From the NCBI GenBank assembly GCA_034780895.1, contig JAUZTB010000057.1:16909712-16973711 (forward strand): a stretch of 64,000 nucleotides of DNA, read 5' to 3'. This DNA is from Rhynchobatus australiae. Lineage: Eukaryota. The notes beneath the pieces were generated by a model. It was not told the origin of the DNA. It searched no databases and was given only the letters and a program-made list of their open reading frames with translations. Shown here piece after piece: positions 62,801 to 64,000 of the stretch (position 1 is the stretch's first letter; each line of letters starts with the position of its first letter). The translations under genes and the position numbers were made by a program.

Positions 62801-64000
62801 AAAGGGTGAGCAGCTTCAAGTTCCTGGGCGTCAACATCTCAGAGGATCTATCCTGAGCCCAACACATTGATACAGTCATGAAAAAGGCACTCCAGTGGCT
62901 CTACTTCATTAGGAGTTGGAGGAGATTTGGTATGTCACCAAGGACTCTTGCAAATTTCTATAGATATACGGTGGAGAGCATTCTGACTCGTTGCATCACA
63001 TCCTGGTATGGAGACTCCATTGCTCAGGATTGCAAGAGGCTGCAAAGGGTTGTAAACTCAGCCAGCTCCATCACAGGCACAAGCCTCCCCACCATCGAGG
63101 ACACCTTCAAGAGGTAGTGCCTCAAGAAGACGGCATCCTTCACTAAGGACACACACCATCCAGGATATGTCTTTTTCTCATTACTACCATCAGGGAGGAG
63201 GTACAGGAGTCTGAAGACCCACACTCAACGATGAAGGAACAGCTTCTTCCCCTCCACCATCAGATTTCTGAATGGTCCATGAACACTACCTCGTTGTTTC
63301 TTTTCTTGCACTATTTATTCTGTAATTTATAGTAATTTTATGCCTTTACATTATACTGCTGCTGCAAAACAACAAATTTCATGACATACAAGTCAGTGAT
63401 AATAAACTTGATTCTGATTGAAGTCACACCTGCAAACGGCAAAGGGATTTTTTTTATGCACAAGCCAGACTTGCAAAGATAGGATGGCAAGACTGGAGAA
63501 GGAAATAGCCCTGAATTTGTTTAGAACAGCTTACATCAAGGAAGAGGTTAAGCAGCAAAGTATCTTTGTTGTTTGTATAGCATTATGTCATATCATCTGT
63601 TGTATTTATCCAATGAAACCAGACAGACAGGAGAAAATAAAAGGGGGGATAGCGAACAGAAATAGAGAAATAACACTAAAATTGCTCCAGTCACATTCTC
63701 TCCATTTAGAGCAGATAACTTTACATCCCTCTGAGAATCATTAATGACCCAAGCTTGTGTCCTTTCACTGCAGCTAAATTACCATTCCACTATCTGGAGA
63801 ATGTGAGGTACTAAATTACTGCACAGCCTTCCATAAAATGGGAGCCCATTCACAAACATTACTTTTGACTCTCATGCTCATGAAACTGACACAAAACTGC
63901 AATCCAAAGATGTTAAGTAATTTTCAGTACCAAGCATCACCATGATGTCACCAAGCTTAAGAGAGGGACCTTGCCCAGCCCAAACACGCTGCATTTGTGA
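53803..64000 (-). CDS. DHX37: DHX37 DEAH-box RNA helicase, last nine coding exons (gene starts right of the window)
   Basis: Exons splice in frame to 320 aa + stop, reading [25 protein letters not shown]...[30 protein letters not shown]...[19 protein letters not shown]. This matches the recalled DHX37 C-terminus (HA2/OB-fold/CTD). Confidence 0.96.
54040..54675 (+). mobile_element. CR1 LINE 3' fragment
   Basis: [49 protein letters not shown]. Confidence 0.8.
54793..54890 (-). CDS. DHX37: DHX37 exon ([32 protein letters not shown])
   Basis: 98 nt, TCAAAG| and |GTGAGA. Confidence 0.94.
55345..55720 (+). mobile_element. RTE-like LINE 3' fragment
   Basis: [14 protein letters not shown] remnant; AAGCAAGTCATCTTCAATCCCGAGG tail. 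Confidence 0.5.
55843..55916 (-). CDS. DHX37: DHX37 exon ([24 protein letters not shown])
   Basis: 74 nt, TTGAAG| and |GTAAGT. Confidence 0.93.
57126..57220 (-). CDS. DHX37: DHX37 exon ([31 protein letters not shown])
   Basis: 95 nt, TTATAG| and |GTGAGT. Confidence 0.95.
57435..57572 (-). CDS. DHX37: DHX37 exon ([14 protein letters not shown]...HRESTF)
   Basis: 138 nt, TACCAG| and |GTAAGT. Confidence 0.95.
59343..59457 (-). CDS. DHX37: DHX37 exon ([17 protein letters not shown]...KMYMQ)
   Basis: 115 nt, CTTCAG| and |GTAAAA; preceded by a 101-nt intron. Confidence 0.95.
59559..59731 (-). CDS. DHX37: DHX37 exon ([18 protein letters not shown]...WRHAYK)
   Basis: 173 nt, CTACAG| and |GTAGAG. 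Confidence 0.95.
60520..60960 (+). mobile_element. Degenerate CR1 LINE
   Basis: [16 protein letters not shown] and LGLFSLEQR remnants. Confidence 0.65.
61935..62051 (-). CDS. DHX37: DHX37 exon ([15 protein letters not shown]...RGQLTNV)
   Basis: 117 nt, ATTTAG| and |GTAAGA. Confidence 0.95.
62610..63418 (+). mobile_element. Rex1/Babar LINE 3' fragment
   Basis: [21 protein letters not shown]...[43 protein letters not shown]. Confidence 0.88.
63931..64000 (-). CDS. DHX37: DHX37 exon truncated by window edge ([23 protein letters not shown])
   Basis: donor TTG|GTACTG. Confidence 0.9.

Noticed and set aside
3095-63931. Search for U12-type introns and intronic snoRNAs
   Set aside because: All donors are ordinary GT with no GTATCCTT; no convincing C/D or H/ACA structure recognised by eye (an Rfam scan would be needed to exclude them).

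Overview
Eukaryotic, intron-rich vertebrate genomic DNA from a gapped assembly. The repeat content (CR1, Rex1/Babar, Penelope, V-SINE/Deu-SINE) suggests a cartilaginous fish. It holds three spliced protein-coding genes. SART3 (minus strand) has exons 1-15 at 36353->3095 and continues left of the window. ISCU (plus strand) is complete, with 5 exons at 38920-42746 encoding 152 aa, head-to-head with SART3. The last nine coding exons of DHX37 (minus strand) lie at 64000->53803. A tRNA-Asp(GTC)/tRNA-Ala(TGC) pair sits between ISCU and DHX37. Unexpected items: (1) an intact, isolated KIF13B-like exon with both splice sites inside SART3 intron 3, splitting a Rex1 LINE (either a captured genomic fragment or a chimeric assembly join); (2) a 28S rRNA peptidyl-transferase-region fragment in a SART3 intron; (3) Penelope-derived fold-back elements with minimal hammerhead-ribozyme architecture; (4) candidate poison exons in SART3 and a candidate in-frame microexon in DHX37; (5) a Tx1/ZCCHC3-like ORF1 fossil between the SART3 and ISCU promoters; (6) a hAT transposase fossil. 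Exon coordinates were read by eye from GT-AG boundaries with phases checked. Repeat boundaries are approximate. Homology calls rest on recalled sequences, not database searches.
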